Source: Picochlorum sp. SENEW3 (lineage: Eukaryota). Taken from it: DNA of 64,000 bases. Within the stretch, counting starts at the first letter, position 1, and the number at the start of each line of letters is the position of its first letter. The position numbers and the translations under genes are program-made. The stretch spans positions 744,001 to 808,000 of the forward strand of contig CP120456.1 in assembly GCA_034226945.1 (NCBI GenBank). Reading direction: 5' to 3'. Under the pieces are notes generated by a model. The model saw nothing but the letters and a program-made list of their open reading frames with translations, was not told the origin of the DNA and did not search any database. Below are positions 46,026 through 59,761 of this stretch, piece after piece.

Positions 46026-46802
46026 ATGGGTGTTTTCGATCGCCTAAAGCTGCCAACAGGGAAGCGATCCTTGGACAGCAGTACTTCCGGGAGTGGTCGA
46101 GAAGGAAAGAAAAATAAACACGCCAGTGCTTCGGAGAATGAGCATCAGAGACCAAGTGTTTTTGAGAGACTCAAGGTGTCACAAGGGGCGGTGTTGGAGA
46201 AAGCAGACGCACCCGGTCGGGTGGACAAGAAACAGGTCAAGAGGGGGAATGGTCAACAGGGCAAAAGGTCACCAGGTTCCAGTCAGACCACGCGGAAGAA
46301 CAGGAATAATACGAACAAGAAGAGGGAGATTATTGCGAAGAATAGAAAGGAAAAATTCGAGGTTCATGGGCATTCTAGGGATCTGCAGAAGCATGGTTCG
46401 TCTCGAAAGAAAGCTGGTCAAGGTGTCAGTACTGGTCCTCCTGTCACCAAGGGTTTGAAGACACAAAGAGATGGTCCAAGTTGCACTATACGGGATGGCA
46501 TCACCCGAGGTGTTCAAGTCAGTTCCAAAGACATTGATACGCAGGGTCCAAGGAAGAGTGGTAATACAGATGAAGCAAGCATGAAACGAGAGAATAGTTC
46601 TGATAATCATTGTTCAGTAGAGTCACAAAGCACTGAGGCTCAGAAAGCATTGAGTACTTTTTTGGAATCGAACGACTCTGCAATTGCTAAATACTGGTAC
46701 AAGTTACAATGGGGCGATGTAAAGCCGTGCGATACGGGTTCTATTGAAAGGGGAGAGGGAGCACGGCTCTTAGAGATGGTGAATGCCTTGCAGTCTGCCT
46801 AG
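46026..46802 (+). CDS. Hypothetical basic, probably disordered protein
   Basis: 258-aa K/R/S-rich ORF with two (G/S)VF(D/E)RLK motifs; no family recognised. Confidence 0.6.
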   Translation: MGVFDRLKLPTGKRSLDSSTSGSGREGKKNKHASASENEHQRPSVFERLKVSQGAVLEKADAPGRVDKKQVKRGNGQQGKRSPGSSQTTRKNRNNTNKKREIIAKNRKEKFEVHGHSRDLQKHGSSRKKAGQGVSTGPPVTKGLKTQRDGPSCTIRDGITRGVQVSSKDIDTQGPRKSGNTDEASMKRENSSDNHCSVESQSTEAQKALSTFLESNDSAIAKYWYKLQWGDVKPCDTGSIERGEGARLLEMVNALQSA

Positions 46803-46911
46803 AGGGAGCATGGCATTGGCTGTACAAACTACAAACACGAATGAATCGAATGAGTTTTATAGAGAGATGAGGGATATGTTTGGTTATGTAACTTCTATAT
46901 GTATACAAGAA

Positions 46912-49900
46912 ATGATTCCGGTAGCACTAGTTGCTCTTCTTTTGCTGGCATGGAGGCATGTGGCAGGGTTTGGAGAAAAGGATGTCCCATCACGGTGGCG
47001 TTCCATAGACTTGTTGCCACAGTCTCTGTCTCCATTACATTTGATTAGTCAGAAGATCTGTCGCAATGTACGTCATGTGAGTATTTATCTTGGTGTATAG
47101 CATTGATCAGTGCATATTGGTGTATGTAGGAGTACTTCTCGTCTGATAATCTCACAGTTTCTGCCATCCGTGATGGGTTTGGGCTCCCTTTCATGGAATC
47201 CCAGAAAGTAATCAAAATACAAATTGAGTTTGCGATACGGCCATCACAGTGTGAGAAAAAAAAGCAGGTGCTTTTCCAATTGGGCAACTTTGCTTTCAAT
47301 GTGGGTTGCGTGGCTGACACCTTGGTTGTTGGGCCAACATGTAGTGGTCAGATTGGCGATATGTCGTCAATGCTGCCAATCCATCTTGATCATAGATACA
47401 GTATATATATAGATATCTTAGATGATTCGACTGGTCATCATTCTACAATGAAGAAGATTGTATCGCACATTCAAGAAACAGGATTGTCAACTCATGCTGT
47501 CCAGTCTTGGATTTCACAATGTCAACTGCCTCAGAGGTCGACTGACTTTGTTTTGGGGGACGGAAAGGATTTTGACACAGCTCATGCCATCATATATAGC
47601 GCGACAATGAAAGTTGATGATGCAGGTCCACCGATTCCATTGCCACAAGACATACTTGCGGAGCTGAGAATTGTTCCAGAACATGCAGTTGTTGCAGAGA
47701 CTGTCGCAATTGACATGTCAGTATCGCATCTCCATGGCAATTACAAAGAACCAAGGATACAAATACATACATATGGAGTGGCATCAGGACTGTCTTGTTC
47801 TAGCTCTCACACGTGTCAGATTTCATTCCCTTGCTCTGGGATTTTTCTTGTGGAAGGACAGTATTCATTTCAAGATGGGATGGTCTACTCTGTCTTCAAA
47901 GAGATTGTTGTTCGAAAAAATGGTGATACCTCTAATGAAAAAAGTTTGCTCATGTCCAACCTATTTTACCACAATGGGCTGAGGCCGATAAGCAGAGATC
48001 AATGGAGAAGCCCTTCAAGTTTGCAGCAGGCAAAAGCGATGGGTTGGAGCGAAGAATACTTCATGGGCAATGACGTTCAAACTGAGAGGCTTTTCGATTA
48101 CAGAATGCTTGGTCCAGTCTACTATAAACGCGGATTTAAAGGTAGGCAAGACGTATCTTGGGGATCATTGACGTGTTCAAACTTTTTCCTAGCAGGAGGA
48201 CCAGACATCAAGGTACGGAAGGATAGCAAGGTGACAGGGCATGAAAAGCCTATTTTGTTCGTACCCTTACGCTACAAAGAAGGAAGACAGTTTCAAAGTG
48301 AATATAGTCTGGATCTTCGCCCCATTGATGTTGCAATAAACAAAGACAAGACAGAAAAGAAGACAGGCTGCACAACAGCAGATACCCAAGCACTGATCCA
48401 AGAAGGCTACATGTTTGACCAGATGAACCAGGCGCTGATACGCGACTCCTATGGCACACTATCTATTGCCATGAATCCAATGATTGCGAAAGAACTCGAA
48501 ATCAGGCCAGCCCCCAAAAATGAGATATTTGGCACAATGTCGAGTTACCTAGCAACTGCAGCCAGATCATATGGCCCTGTATGGGTTAAAATTGGCCTGT
48601 CTCCATTACCTCTAACTCCCATTCCAAGCTTTAGGGTATGGTTTCGAGGACCAAATGATATCATCACAACCACATGCTCGCTCTCGTTATATCACTTTAT
48701 GCACGAGGTTTCTCACGTACAAGGGTTTCATCACAGGAAACAGTACCTCTTGGATCAGAGCATCATGAACCAGGACGGTCCAGTCAATCCATTGCACAGC
48801 TCTGGCTCATGGAACACAGATTACTCCTACTCAGAGGTATTTGATAGTCTAGGTTGCTGTTCAGGTGATGCAAGTCTCAGTAGAAGAATCATGAATGAGT
48901 GGATTGCATGGCCAAATAGCAGGATTGAGATTCTGGCTGAGCAAGCCACCACAAGGCACATGACGCTGTGGCCGTTTGATCTCCCTGAAGTCTCCAAAGG
49001 GCAATCAAGCCTTGCGCTTGTCATTCGTATGAATGATACTTTCATACTTGTATGTGGATATAGAGAGCTAATGCACTGGCCGATTGATCAGTCGGATGAT
49101 GGCCGACACAGATTCAACATGCAAGGCATTGAATGCGAAGCCATCATGACATCATCTCCTGGCGCAGGCTGGGATCTTCAGACAACGCTCGATTTCAATC
49201 TTCTGAAAAAGAAATGGTCTCCTGCAGGGCCATCCAAGTATTTCTCTCTATTAGGACCAAGCTCTGCATTTTATCATGACAGCAAACACAACAGTATGTT
49301 GCTTTTATTCAAAGGAAACATTCACTGTCCAACAACACTCACAGGAAGAGGCAGGAATAATATTGATTACAGATTCATTACAAATACGTCAAACATGATT
49401 GAGAATTATATTGGTCTGAGAAATGATCAACCATTCAAGGAGGAATACATCGCATCAAACTATAGTCTAGAGTATACATGTGCCAGCGTATCTATTCAGA
49501 CAATGGCGTCACCACCACCAAAAGCCACCTTGCCAGTCAAAATCAATGTTGACAACCAGCAACAACTCTCCGTGACATGGGACGCACAGGAAGTTTCTAT
49601 TGCAGGAATCACACTGAAAGACAGCATAAACGCAACCATACATACGGCAGTTTCTGAGGATATAGATCACCCAATACAACCACCATTTCAACATGGGCAG
49701 AAGGACTGCCACGACAGAGAAAAGCCACAGAAGAAAATCTTCCACCTCTCAGTCCTCGCGTGGGATGGGAGAGAAGCTCTAGCCACCATTCATATGGACA
49801 TCCAAAGTGTATCCAAAGTCACCGTTCGCTTCTCAAACAATTACGATGCACCGTTTCAGTACTCTGAAACAGTACTGAAACACCTGGCATATGTACAACA

Positions 49901-49973
49901 AAGCCTTGCTCACACAAGAAGAGCAATGCTCCTACTACTCGTTTTGCTATCGATCCATATCAATCTTTTGTAA
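46912..49973 (+). CDS. Secreted metzincin metalloprotease, gametolysin (M11)-like
   Basis: Signal-peptide exon 46912-47067; in-frame intron 47068-47129; HEVSHVQGFHH matches HExxHxxGxxH; hydrophobic C-terminus. Confidence 0.7.
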
Positions 49974-50267
49974 TTCCTCAGCTATATACTTTCGCAATTC
50001 ACCCGTTGGAATCGAAGATCCTTCTGCATTGGAACTCGGCAGACATGCCTCCAAACGTTGCAGAGCATTTCGAGCTCCCAACTTTCTCTCCTCTTCTAGT
50101 CGCTTCACAGAATGGCTATATAATTGGCTGATAGCATTAGCAGCCGTCACAAACGCCTCATATGTGGTCGTATCCACAGGAGCTTCTTTCTGCTGCTGAC
50201 TCTCCAGGCTCGAGGCTGCACGCTTCCTTCGTCTATTTGTATTATTATCAGTAGTCTTAGTATCCAT
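49947..50267 (-). CDS. Small HAPSTR1/C16orf72-like protein
   Basis: EAFVTAANAISQLY..GARNAL resembles the family's F..AA..(V/L).QLY..G motif. Confidence 0.55.
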   Translation of the reverse strand: MDTKTTDNNTNRRRKRAASSLESQQQKEAPVDTTTYEAFVTAANAISQLYSHSVKRLEEERKLGARNALQRLEACLPSSNAEGSSIPTGELRKYIAEELQKIDMDR

Positions 50268-50749
50268 ATATATACTTGCTTCAAACGAGAATAGTATTGC
50301 TATGCTCAGTAGGTGTATTTGTGTCCTTTTTTTGCCAAAAAGACCAAGTGTCTATTCTTCGTAGATCTGACGCTAGACAAGCACACTCTGAGATATATAA
50401 AAATATTGGTATCTAATAGGCATGTGCCTGAAATGGCGCAAATACCACGTTGCATGCATGCATGCACTTGTCTCTTCGAATTCCATCGTAGGAATAATTG
50501 GGGTACCCACATGCTTTTTTCGCATGTACTGCCACTGCATTCACATCTGATCGACTTAAATTTACTATTGAAGCATTAAGAATAGACGAAATAGGTCTAT
50601 ACTAGTACGGTGCGTGTGTGACAATGTCAAAGAAGATGAGCGCATGTGTGGACGAAAGCACCATGGTTCTATCAGCGCGAGATTAGTATTCATGCGATCT
50701 TGTATGATTTTGAGGATGTAAACTACTATATGTACGGCTGCAGTCAGGA

Positions 50750-53700
50750 ATGAGGCTTCAAATCAGTGTTGCTTGTGGTGAGAGGACCGTGCGTGTGGGC
50801 GGTGGACGCCCCAGTGTTCAGCTGCAGCAGATACGGCGAGTGTACTGTCGCAGTCGGGTTCCTTCCGAGAGTGCAGAGGGATTTCTGAATACAGAGAATG
50901 GAGGTCGAACAAAAGTGTCCATGGTGTCGTTGGGGTGTCCCAAGAATACAGTGGATGGAGAGGTTTTGTTGGGAGATTTGTTCCGGCAAGGGTTTGATAT
51001 TACAGAAGATCATGAAGATTCTGACGCTATTGTGATTAATACATGTGGCTTTGTTGAAGATGCCAAGGCGGATTCGATTGAGAATATTATCCAAGCAGCA
51101 AAGTTGAAAGAACTTGGAAATGTGAAAAAAGTCATAGTGACGGGTTGCCTTGCACAGAGATACAACACAGAATTGGCAGAGCAGATTCCAGAGATTGACC
51201 TGGTCATGGGATTTGAAAATTACGGTTCAATGTCTTCATCACTGAGAGAAGTACTTGATTCTCCCCCTGATGTTGATGCAGTAGAGTATCAGAATAGAAG
51301 CAGAGTGCAGGTGGGAGAATCCACAGTTGCATTTCGCCCAGAGTTTGACAGGTACAGGCTGACTCCAAAGCACACAGCGTATCTTCGGGTGGCAGAAGGG
51401 TGCAATCATGCGTGTAGTTTTTGCGCCATTCCAGGATTCAGGTGCGGTATACATGATTCATATTACATGACTAGTTAGATAATTATGATATGGTGGTGAT
51501 GTGCTCAAAAGTTGAGGCGCCGTGGGCCGTCTCTTTCTTCTTCTTCTTCTCTGTCACTGTCATCGTCTTCTTCTACATTATATACTTTTTGTTTGGTCAA
51601 CACCACCAGAGATGGGTCGCCATGAGAGGAGTAGGCATCATGCATGAAAGTTGTATCCAAAATATGCTCTGATTTTGGAATGAGTGTGCATCTCGTAATG
51701 GTTGTGAATCCATTCGTGATGACATCAGGCTTGGCTATTTTCACTGATCTAAAATTCCATTGGACGGTAAAATTTCCACAGGAAGCAACAATATACCTCT
51801 CCTTTCTGTTTTGGTCGGTAATCCAGGTGAATTTGGCTTTTTCAAATGGAGCATTTTTGGTCAGGACTTTGTCCTCTGGTTTGAGCATAAGAAGTCTTGG
51901 TTTTGGCGCCTTCTGACCCAATCTCGAGGTAAAGCCACAGAGTTCTTTGGATCCCTCTTTATAGATTGTCTTGATGACAATCAGGAATGATTTGGTGGTG
52001 GCAAGAACCCATCTGCCATCATAGGTGACATCGATAAAGTCAATTGGAGCACCCAAGCCAGGAATGGATGTTTTCGCAATTTGCTCAACCTTGTCGTTGT
52101 ATAGGCGAATTTTCCCGTCCTTTGACCCAACTGCTCGATACCCTTGGCCAGATGTAGCCATACATGAAAAGTGTGGCTTGGAAGCATAGCTTCTACCTCC
52201 TTCAAAATCAAGGGTAACAGGGGATGCCATGGTCTGTACCAAACCTTCCTTGACACGAGTATCCCATCTATCGATGGAATTGTCGGCAAGGGACAAAAAG
52301 GTTGTGGTGCCATCTAGTTGGGAGGATTTGCTGTCGCTGGTTATGTCAATAACATTGACATCAACATCATTCCTTTTGAAGCTAAACTCATTCAGTATTT
52401 TTTCTGATTCCAAGTCTGTACTGTATATGGAACCACTGCCTGGCGTGAACAAGTTCATCTTGGATTCGTGGTCCATGAGCATTCCTTTTGAACAGCTGGA
52501 CAGGTTTGTGGATGGTGTACTCTTGGCTCCAATTGAGGAACGGCGTCTAGTTGACACTGGTGTCCTGCCGAGACTGAGTCGATCAAAAGAAATATCCAAG
52601 TTTGCATCTTCAAGTCCATGCAGGGTATTTTTCATGACACCAATGCCGCCTTCTCCAACCAGATAGGACCGGTCTCCACCACCCATGACAATAGCTCTCA
52701 AATCAGATGCCTTCTCGGCTACGACGTGGTCCTTGGTATGCGACCCAGGAGTTCCTGAAGGAGGAGGCTCAGGGACATCAATGTCCATATCTTCCACCCA
52801 ATGTTGCCTAGACTCATCGGTCTCTTCGGCATATGAGGCACCGCCTCCCAGATGGCCCAATTCCTGCATACGTGCAACCCACAGGATCAGCATCATCTAT
52901 ACATGATAAAAACCAGGTATGTTTCGGTTGAACTATAAACATACGTACCTTTTGTATGTTGTCTTCATTTAACTGAGTCTGATACGTGTTCTCAAACAGG
53001 TAGCCATGGAAAATTTGTGAGAACTGGGCAAACATATCCTGGTCAGGAAAGCCCAGTGCCCAGAACGTTACGTCTCCTTCGCCTCCTGTCTGGAAAACAC
53101 ATTTGCGTTCATTTGGGACAAACTGCGTAGTCGAATCGACAGTGACATCGGGATACTCCACAGAGCCTTCAAATTCCATGTGCCATTCAGCAGGAGAGTC
53201 CTGAATGTCTTCATTTATATCATAGAATTTGGGAACCACAGTATCAGAGAAGAGATTCCATTCCAAGGATCCATCCTTGATTACAGCTTGGTATAAGGCA
53301 ACGTCATGGAACTGCATTTTCAAATCAAACAGGGTCAGCTCGTGCTTCTTGTATTGGGTGCCTCGTGGAACACGACCAACGTACCTGTCCGGGTGTTTGT
53401 TGGGACGCAGCGTTGCCCATGTCTTCAAATTATGGATACAGAACTATTATCACCTATTATCATGGAGAAACTCGCGCGAGTTTCCTTGAGGAGAGACAAA
53501 AGCTTGGTTGGATTGAATCCAATCTCAAACACACCAGTCTCGATATGCTTTTCTTCAGCACAAGACAAAATCCTTCTCTTTTATGCAAATAAAATATGAG
53601 GAAACATGTCGAGGGCAATTTCAAATAAGGTGATTGGCATGGCAATTGGAACACGCCTAGAGGGCGCCTTCACTGTCCAGTTTTGATTAAAAATTCCATG

Positions 53701-54672
53701 TTGGAACACGGCTCCAACCATGGTCTGGAAGGAGCCCTTCAGAGGACGGCGACAGAGAAGACATGAGAAGACATCTCATCACCACCATGATCTTGTATGA
53801 TTGTAACCATAGGTTTGTTGTTGTTGTTGTGCAGGGGGAAGTTTCGGTCCAAGAGTTTTGATGCAATTATGCAAGAAGCTCAGCATTTGGTGGACCAGGG
53901 GGCTGTGGAATTAAATCTCATTGCTGAAGATACAAATCAGTGGGGTCAGGATCGTCGAGATGGTAAAAATTTAGCCCACTTGCTCCGTGAATTGAAGAAT
54001 ATTGAGGGGTTGAGGTGGATTCGAATCCTGTATGCATATCCAAGTTACTTTCATGATGAGCTGATTCAGGAGATTGCCGAGAATCCAAAGGTCTGCAAAT
54101 ACATTGACATGCCTTTGCAGCATATTAGTAATCTGACACTGTTGACAATGAATCGTCCTCCGAAGGATCACACTGTGACATTGTTGGAGACTCTGAGAGA
54201 CAGGATTCCAGATCTGGCACTGCGAACAACATTTATATCAGGGTTTCCAGGGGAGCGTGAGGAGGATCATCGCGAATTGGTTGACTTTGTGAAAACTTTC
54301 AAGTTTCAGCGAATGGGAGCATTTGCATACAGCGAGGAAGATGGCACTCCTGCAGCGGAATATGAAGAGCAGATTGAGTATGATGTGCGCCAGGCAAGGA
54401 GGGATGAATTGATTTCTCTTCAACAGGGGATCGGGGAGGAATGGGCTCGAGGTATGGTTGGCAAGGAAATTGATGTTTTGATTGATGGTGTCACGGAAGA
54501 TGGTGAGATATTCGGACGGACGCAATGGGATGCTCCAGATATTGACAACATTGTCTTCATGCAAGAACCGGAGGAGGGTTTGGGGTTGAAGCCCCTTGAG
54601 ATTGGCCAGATGAGACGATGCAAGATTACTGGGCGCTCTATTTTTGATCTGGAAGCAGTTCCTATAGAATGA
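50750..54672 (+). CDS. rimO: Ribosomal protein S12 methylthiotransferase RimO (radical SAM + TRAM); two exons separated by a 2393-nt intron
   Basis: SLGCPKN, NTCGF, GCLAQRY, CNHACSFC. Exon 1 ends at 51441 and exon 2 starts at 53835, giving IPGFR|GKFRS. Downstream YIDMPLQH, GFPGE, APDID. Confidence 0.93.
51505..53420 (-). CDS. VID27: VID27/CYPRO4-like protein, nested in the rimO intron
   Basis: Exons 53385-53420 (MGNAASQQTPGQ), 52949-53311 and 51505-52863, all phase 0; FENTY, GKIRLY..AKTSIPGLG.PI..IDVTYDGRWVLAT, PRLLMLKPED. Confidence 0.88.
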
Positions 54673-54928
54673 TAACGTTACGGTAGCATATATGTAAATG
54701 TCGCTACATTTTGGCATCCCAATAAAGGCGTTAACCTTGATTCAGGCGTGACGAATCAATTCGTGATCACGTCATCATGATGACGCCTGGCTATTGAGAC
54801 TGACGAGGATAGTTTTTATTTCGGCACACAGCCATTCGATCTGCTTTTGAATATTTCTAGAGTGTTTTTTACTTTGACTCGCTGAGCATGTTCTAATTTT
54901 CTAATTGCCAATGGCAAAGCTGCATTGT

Positions 54929-56029
54929 CTACGGGGTAGGATTTGGATACGTGGCATGTATTGCATCAATTTCTGCCAAAATATCCTTCTCAAGTGGGCC
55001 ATCATTCAAAGAATCGGCCAAAAGTCTCAATTGACTCGTACTAGATGCTCCAATCACCGTGGATGTCACTTGTGGATGAGACATGACAAACCTTAAAGCA
55101 AGTGACACTGGATGCATCCCGCATTGCTGCGCTAGTGCAACATATGCGGCTACTGCTTTGTACACATTTGGCTTTGGCCCGTACCTCGACTCTGCTTCGG
55201 CATACCGCCCCTTAAATTTCATCAAACGCGCTTCCGGGTCCGCACTCGTACCATGATCATCATACTTTCCAGACAAGAGGCCCATGGCCAGGGGAGAGTA
55301 TGCCATTAGGCCCACACCTTCCATGGCGCAGGCTTCAGCCAGCCCACCAGATGTAAATGTCCGACACAACAAGTTATACGCGTTTTGAATCACACTAGGT
55401 CGTACGCCACCAGGTATAGAATCACAAAGAGAAGAAAATTTTGCAACACCATACGCTGTTTCATTACTCAATCCAAAGTGTTTAATCTTTCCCTGGGCAT
55501 GCAACGAATTCAAAGCCTCAATTTGTTCTTCAAACTCACAAAACTCATACACATTAGAAACATCATATTCAGACTCTCCAAACATGGGCACATATCTGTC
55601 CGGCCAATGAAGCAGCAGCAAGTCAATATAGTCTGTCCCCAACCTTTTCAAGGAACCCTCCACACCAGCAATGATGTTGGGCCCATCTAGCCTCAGCGGC
55701 CCGCCTCGTATCCATGTCATACTTCCTGGACCTGCAACTTTGGTTGATATCATGAGTCCAGACCTATCCTTTCCTCTCATCCACTCCCCAATACACGCCT
55801 CTGATGCCCCTTGAGTCTCAGCTTTCTGGGGAACAGGATACATTTCAGCCGTATCGAATGAGCGTATGCCCAACTCCAATGCAAGATCAAGCTGTTCTTT
55901 TGCCTCTCGACGACCGATCGTGTCCCCAAACATCATCGTCCCCAAACACAATTGAGAAGACGAAGGAAGCACCCTGGCCCTCACAGTGGGTCGCCTACTC
56001 TGCACCGTCCTCGTGACAGACACCTTCAT
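54929..56029 (-). CDS. Aldo/keto reductase, Tas-like
   Basis: LGTMMFG, FDTAEMYPVP, STKVAGP, HWPDRYVP, GLSNET, AYSPLAMGLLSGKY. Confidence 0.92.
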   Translation of the reverse strand: MKVSVTRTVQSRRPTVRARVLPSSSQLCLGTMMFGDTIGRREAKEQLDLALELGIRSFDTAEMYPVPQKAETQGASEACIGEWMRGKDRSGLMISTKVAGPGSMTWIRGGPLRLDGPNIIAGVEGSLKRLGTDYIDLLLLHWPDRYVPMFGESEYDVSNVYEFCEFEEQIEALNSLHAQGKIKHFGLSNETAYGVAKFSSLCDSIPGGVRPSVIQNAYNLLCRTFTSGGLAEACAMEGVGLMAYSPLAMGLLSGKYDDHGTSADPEARLMKFKGRYAEAESRYGPKPNVYKAVAAYVALAQQCGMHPVSLALRFVMSHPQVTSTVIGASSTSQLRLLADSLNDGPLEKDILAEIDAIHATYPNPTP

Positions 56030-56295
56030 TCCACTCTATCACGAATCCTCTGCTCAGATATAGATCATGAGTGGCGCATTCGGATACATCCGAGTCTGTC
56101 CATGCCTGGTATTCCCGAAACCCGATGAAAAAACATGTTAAAAAAGTGACCGGAATGAAGACCATGCTTTCGATCAAAACCAATCTCTGATGAATCCACG
56201 CTGATGCTGCCACCTTTGTCTTAGGAAAATCGTATTAATTAGCAGTTCAGAGTAGGATTCAATTCAAAGATCGAGGGTTACTCGCCTTCATTGGA

Positions 56296-57016
<721 letters not shown>

Positions 57017-57049
57017 AAGGTTATTATTTTTTTACATGTAATGCACGTG

Positions 57050-59439
57050 TCATCGTCGCCGTAATCGGAACTCAAAGACGGGAGGTTTTTCTTGTTCCAG
57101 CTTTGGCATCTCTGCAGAAGATTGAGAAGGACATGACTCCGACTCTGAATCTGTACATGCATCCACATGATCAACTCCTAAAAGTCCTGGAATAGGGAAA
57201 TCGCCTCCACTTGGGAAAACCAAATTTTTAGAAAAGGCTAATTTCATGCGGGCTTCAATCCATGCACTTGCTCGTGATGCATGGTATGCATATTTGAACA
57301 CTCGATCTCCAATCTGAGGTTTTGCGTCTATTTGAAGCTTTGGAGGGGATAAAAAGGACCAGAACAGGCGATCTCCTGGGGGTGGAGGCATCCAAATGCA
57401 CATGGGTCCTTCAATATGTGAAAAGGTCAATTTTACTCGTAGAGGTATCCTGCACACGAAAAGGTATGTTGGAATACATACATGCACAAGCGTCAAGATT
57501 ATATAGTATCGTACTTTGATATATGCGCCGCTGTGGAATCAGCGAATTGGCGTAATCGTTGAGCTGCACCTTGACGGAATGAGTCAAAGCTTGTCATGGG
57601 AACCCGACTGGTCTTGGGAGTAGTACTCGCATCATCCTCTTCTTCTGCGGATGATGGGGCATTCTGATGAATTCCAGAAACATTTCTTAGCAAGTCGATC
57701 TCCTCTGGTCCGTTATTATTCCAGTAGCTTTCTTCCATGTTCTCTGGTTTCTGTTCCCTCTTCCCTTCAATGGCATCAAATGCCTTGTCTAATGTCCCCC
57801 AGCCTCGTGCATCTCGGATATCCACCTTGCATTCAATTGTGATGGAAAATGAACCTTGATATTTCATATCAAATATCAGTTGAGGCATGATACTGCTCGA
57901 AGGGGACGGGAGGCTTGAAAAGTTGGCCACTGAGGGTGCTGAATGACCTGGATCGACTTGGATGACATTCAATGACTGCACATAATCCGGTGTATGCATT
58001 CGATTAAGCTGATTTTGTACCCGTGTCTGTATCATATCCGAAAACCATGTATTCCGAACGAGGTCAAAACATGCACGTAGCAGGACATCGTTGACAAAGA
58101 AATCTGGGCTATGGAGTGGGGGCAATGAGGCAGGCCAGTGTTTCCTACCACTAGTGTCTGGCGATTCTTGTCCGTCTTCTGTCTCAATACTCTTGTCTCC
58201 ATTCATCTCTTTGCGCTTTTTGACTGGCGAGGAGAATGGGCTTGGCTGAGCAGAGTGTGCAGAATTGCTGCCACTTGGAGCATCATGTCCCTCAGAAATA
58301 GCACCACCTCTCGCCGCGTTCCTCCGCGATCTTCCAAGCACTTTACTATGCATCCATCGATCTTCTATAAAACTATCTAAACTAGACATGTTCCCCGACT
58401 GGGGATTCTCAACTGTCATCTCACGATGAGAGTTCGCTCCAGACTTGTTGGAATTTCTCCAGGGCCTCCATCTCCTCCGCCGCCCTTGTGCTGATTCAGA
58501 AGGCAACGAACTCATCATCACATCCTCTTCAATTGTACTCTCCGCTACATACGGTGTCAGCGGCCCCGATGCCTTCATCATGGCACAGTAGTCGCGATAC
58601 ATTTCCTGAACATCCTGATATGCATTGCCATCTGCAGGATTCGTCCAATACCGGATGGCACTAATCCATTGCATTTTCGCTGCCGGATCGTTCGCAAACA
58701 AATAAAAACCATGTTCTCCATCCATCAACAACCAGCTTTCATGCCGAATAAGCAGTGGAGCCCGCCGCAGAAAATCACTCCTGCCTTGCAGAGAATCCCT
58801 CACAATATCCACACAGCAATCCTCCAAAGGAATTCCGAATTTATCCTCATCCATTTGTACAAAACTATGACTTGTTTTACCACGCTTATTTTGATCCTTC
58901 TGTCGCGAGAGCTCCAAAGGTGTCAACACGAGTGTGCCCTGGTCAATATCAGCATACCATATTCGAAATGGTCTCATCACAGGAGGCCAATCAAGAACGG
59001 CATCAGATCTCTTCCATTTAGACATTGGAACAGTAAACACAATGCCTTGAAAACGACCTCGATGCGAGATCGCATGGGGCATTGTCAAAGATTGCTGTGT
59101 CACATCAACACCATCCTCTCTTCTTGCCTTGCCTTTCCACACATCAAACCCCACACCTGGTTCCCTTCTCTGAGGTTTTGATACCATGTATGCAAGAAAA
59201 AAAACAATTGCAAGCATCGTAAAGGCGCCCATCAGGAACCCTACGCCAAGGACAAGGGGCATAAAAGCAAAAGCTTTCCCAAAAAGCAGTTTCTTTGGCA
59301 TTGCACTAAAAAAGACATTAGGCAGTATACCCAAAACATATCCGATTCCAAGGACACCTAAACCTATTTTTATACTCCCAAAACCTTCATTCTTTCCCCA
59401 TGGGGACGATATCATCCCCACCGTGTTCTCACCAGCCAT
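57050..59439 (-). CDS. TEX2/Nvj2-like membrane-anchored PH + SMP lipid-transfer protein
   Basis: N-terminal TMs, PH-like region (KMQWISAI), SMP-like region (FVNDVLLRACFD..PPPPGDRLFWSF..PP); intron 57450-57514. Confidence 0.75.
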
Positions 59440-59761
59440 GCAGCGTGATACGCTCTAGAGAGACAGAATGGAGGCCTAATCCGTCTATTGCGCACATATA
59501 GCAATGATATATCTCTAATAATACTTTTTGTAACCTTATTATGGCGATTAAATGGTCATAAGGCGAGTTCATCTTCCGTATTCCTTAGATAGATGTATAA
59601 AATATTCCTGAAAAGAGTCAGGACACTGGCGTAAAAACAAATCCTACGACGCTTCACCTGTTATTTAAATCTGATGATAGGACTACGAAGATGAAATAGA
59701 TGATGATTGGTGACTATAGAGCGATGGGGTTGAGGAAACAAGACCAAGGCAGGCCAAAAGA

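Noticed and set aside
50750..54672. rimO as two pseudogene fragments
   Set aside because: Canonical splice sites join both halves in frame with no missing residues and all motifs intact.
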